From a virus (lineage: Duplodnaviria; Caudoviricetes): a DNA stretch of 35,186 nucleotides. Of this stretch, positions 34,479 to 35,186 are shown piece after piece. Each line of letters opens with the position of its first letter. Position 1 is the first letter of the stretch. The DNA lies in IMG/VR virus record IMGVR_UViG_3300044724_001982, positions 1-35,186 of that record; one strand, given 5' to 3'. The notes under the pieces are model-generated. The model was not told the DNA's origin, ran no database searches, and saw nothing but the letters and a program-made list of their open reading frames with translations. The position numbers and the translations under genes were made by a program.

Positions 34479-35186
34479 TTATACTCCTGCTTCATATCCC
34501 ATACCTTGTAATAAAGCATAGTCTTCACTTGTAACATTTCTGGCAGATAATTCAAAAGATCCTCTATAACCACCAGTAGGTATTTTAGGTTGTAGATATT
34601 TTACAGATAAAGCTGATTGAGGTCTGAACTGATAATTCCAGCCATCAAAGTGTTTTGTAGCTATTTCTAATCGTTTAGGTAAACTTTTTTTGATACCTTG
34701 CAAAACTGCATTGCCCCACCAGTAAGGCTTTGAGGCACTTATCCACTGGCTGTTATTGTTAATTCCAAATTTACGAAGATCATAAAATGCACCAGCATAA
34801 GTAGTTTTCCACCAATAAGGTGCTAAATCTGCAATATCACCATTGTTACCCTCGCTTGATCCTACAGTTATACTTCCAGTGACAAGTCCTTCTGGATCAT
34901 CTGTTCTAAACTCTCTTAGATTGATAGACTTAACTAAGTTACCAGACTCAATCGGTGCGTTACCAGTTCCAGCATTTAAACCTACCATGTATGCCTGTAT
35001 ATCAAAAAGCAAATTTACTGGGTTATATTCTGACAAACTAACACCACTAGTATTATAACTTAGCTTTGCCGCAGAATATTGCCCTTGCATTCTTGGTGTT
35101 TGCTGTATTGCTTTCTTTGTAGCATTAGTAATCTCGTAACCATTTATGTAAGCCTGTATTTTGGTTTTTTTGTTGAAATATTGCTG
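34479..35186 (-). CDS. Neck-region protein (possible HK97 gp10-like), 5' truncated
   Basis: The frame is open from 35090 to the window end, so the true start probably lies outside. APIESGNLVKSI resembles the gp10 APVDTGxLxxSI motif. Confidence 0.55.
   Translation of the reverse strand, partial: QQYFNKKTKIQAYINGYEITNATKKAIQQTPRMQGQYSAAKLSYNTSGVSLSEYNPVNLLFDIQAYMVGLNAGTGNAPIESGNLVKSINLREFRTDDPEGLVTGSITVGSSEGNNGDIADLAPYWWKTTYAGAFYDLRKFGINNNSQWISASKPYWWGNAVLQGIKKSLPKRLEIATKHFDGWNYQFRPQSALSVKYLQPKIPTGGYRGSFELSARNVTSEDYALLQGMGYEAGV

Noticed and set aside
577-35058. All plus-strand ORFs in the track (e.g. 14154-14645, 30521-31114, 28338-28574)
   Set aside because: They are antisense shadows of well-supported minus-strand genes and have no recognisable motifs.
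1-35186. tRNA, integrase, transposase, intron/intein or stop-codon recoding
   Set aside because: None seen by eye; standard-code ORFs tile the window with very small gaps.

Overview
AT-rich segment of a tailed dsDNA phage (siphovirus-type). All credible genes are on the minus strand and are tightly packed, often with TAATG overlaps. In transcription order (high to low coordinates) it encodes: neck/tail-terminator genes; major tail protein; tail assembly chaperone with a clear -1 frameshift; tape measure protein; three micro-ORFs; distal tail protein; a tail-tip/fibre protein with a His-rich stretch and an S74 chaperone; a 2183-aa repeat fibre with a cupredoxin-like domain; two Gly-rich adhesin-like paralogues; a block of putative modification enzymes (3 2OG-Fe(II) oxygenases, an FkbM-like methyltransferase, a ferredoxin and 3 of the window's 4 DUF6065-like paralogues, the fourth lying behind the tail-tip gene); then metallophosphoesterase, DUF5675-type endolysin, holin, thermonuclease and a secreted protein. 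Several genes suggest a low-GC actinobacterial host (inference). The most striking signal is a mirror-symmetric repeat insert in one Gly-rich protein (5x4 + 3x7 residues, a His-rich tip, then 3x7 + 5x4 residues). It lies just upstream of the oxygenase/DUF6065-like/ferredoxin block, which suggests a virion-fibre maturation or modification system. All family assignments are from motif recognition, not database searches.
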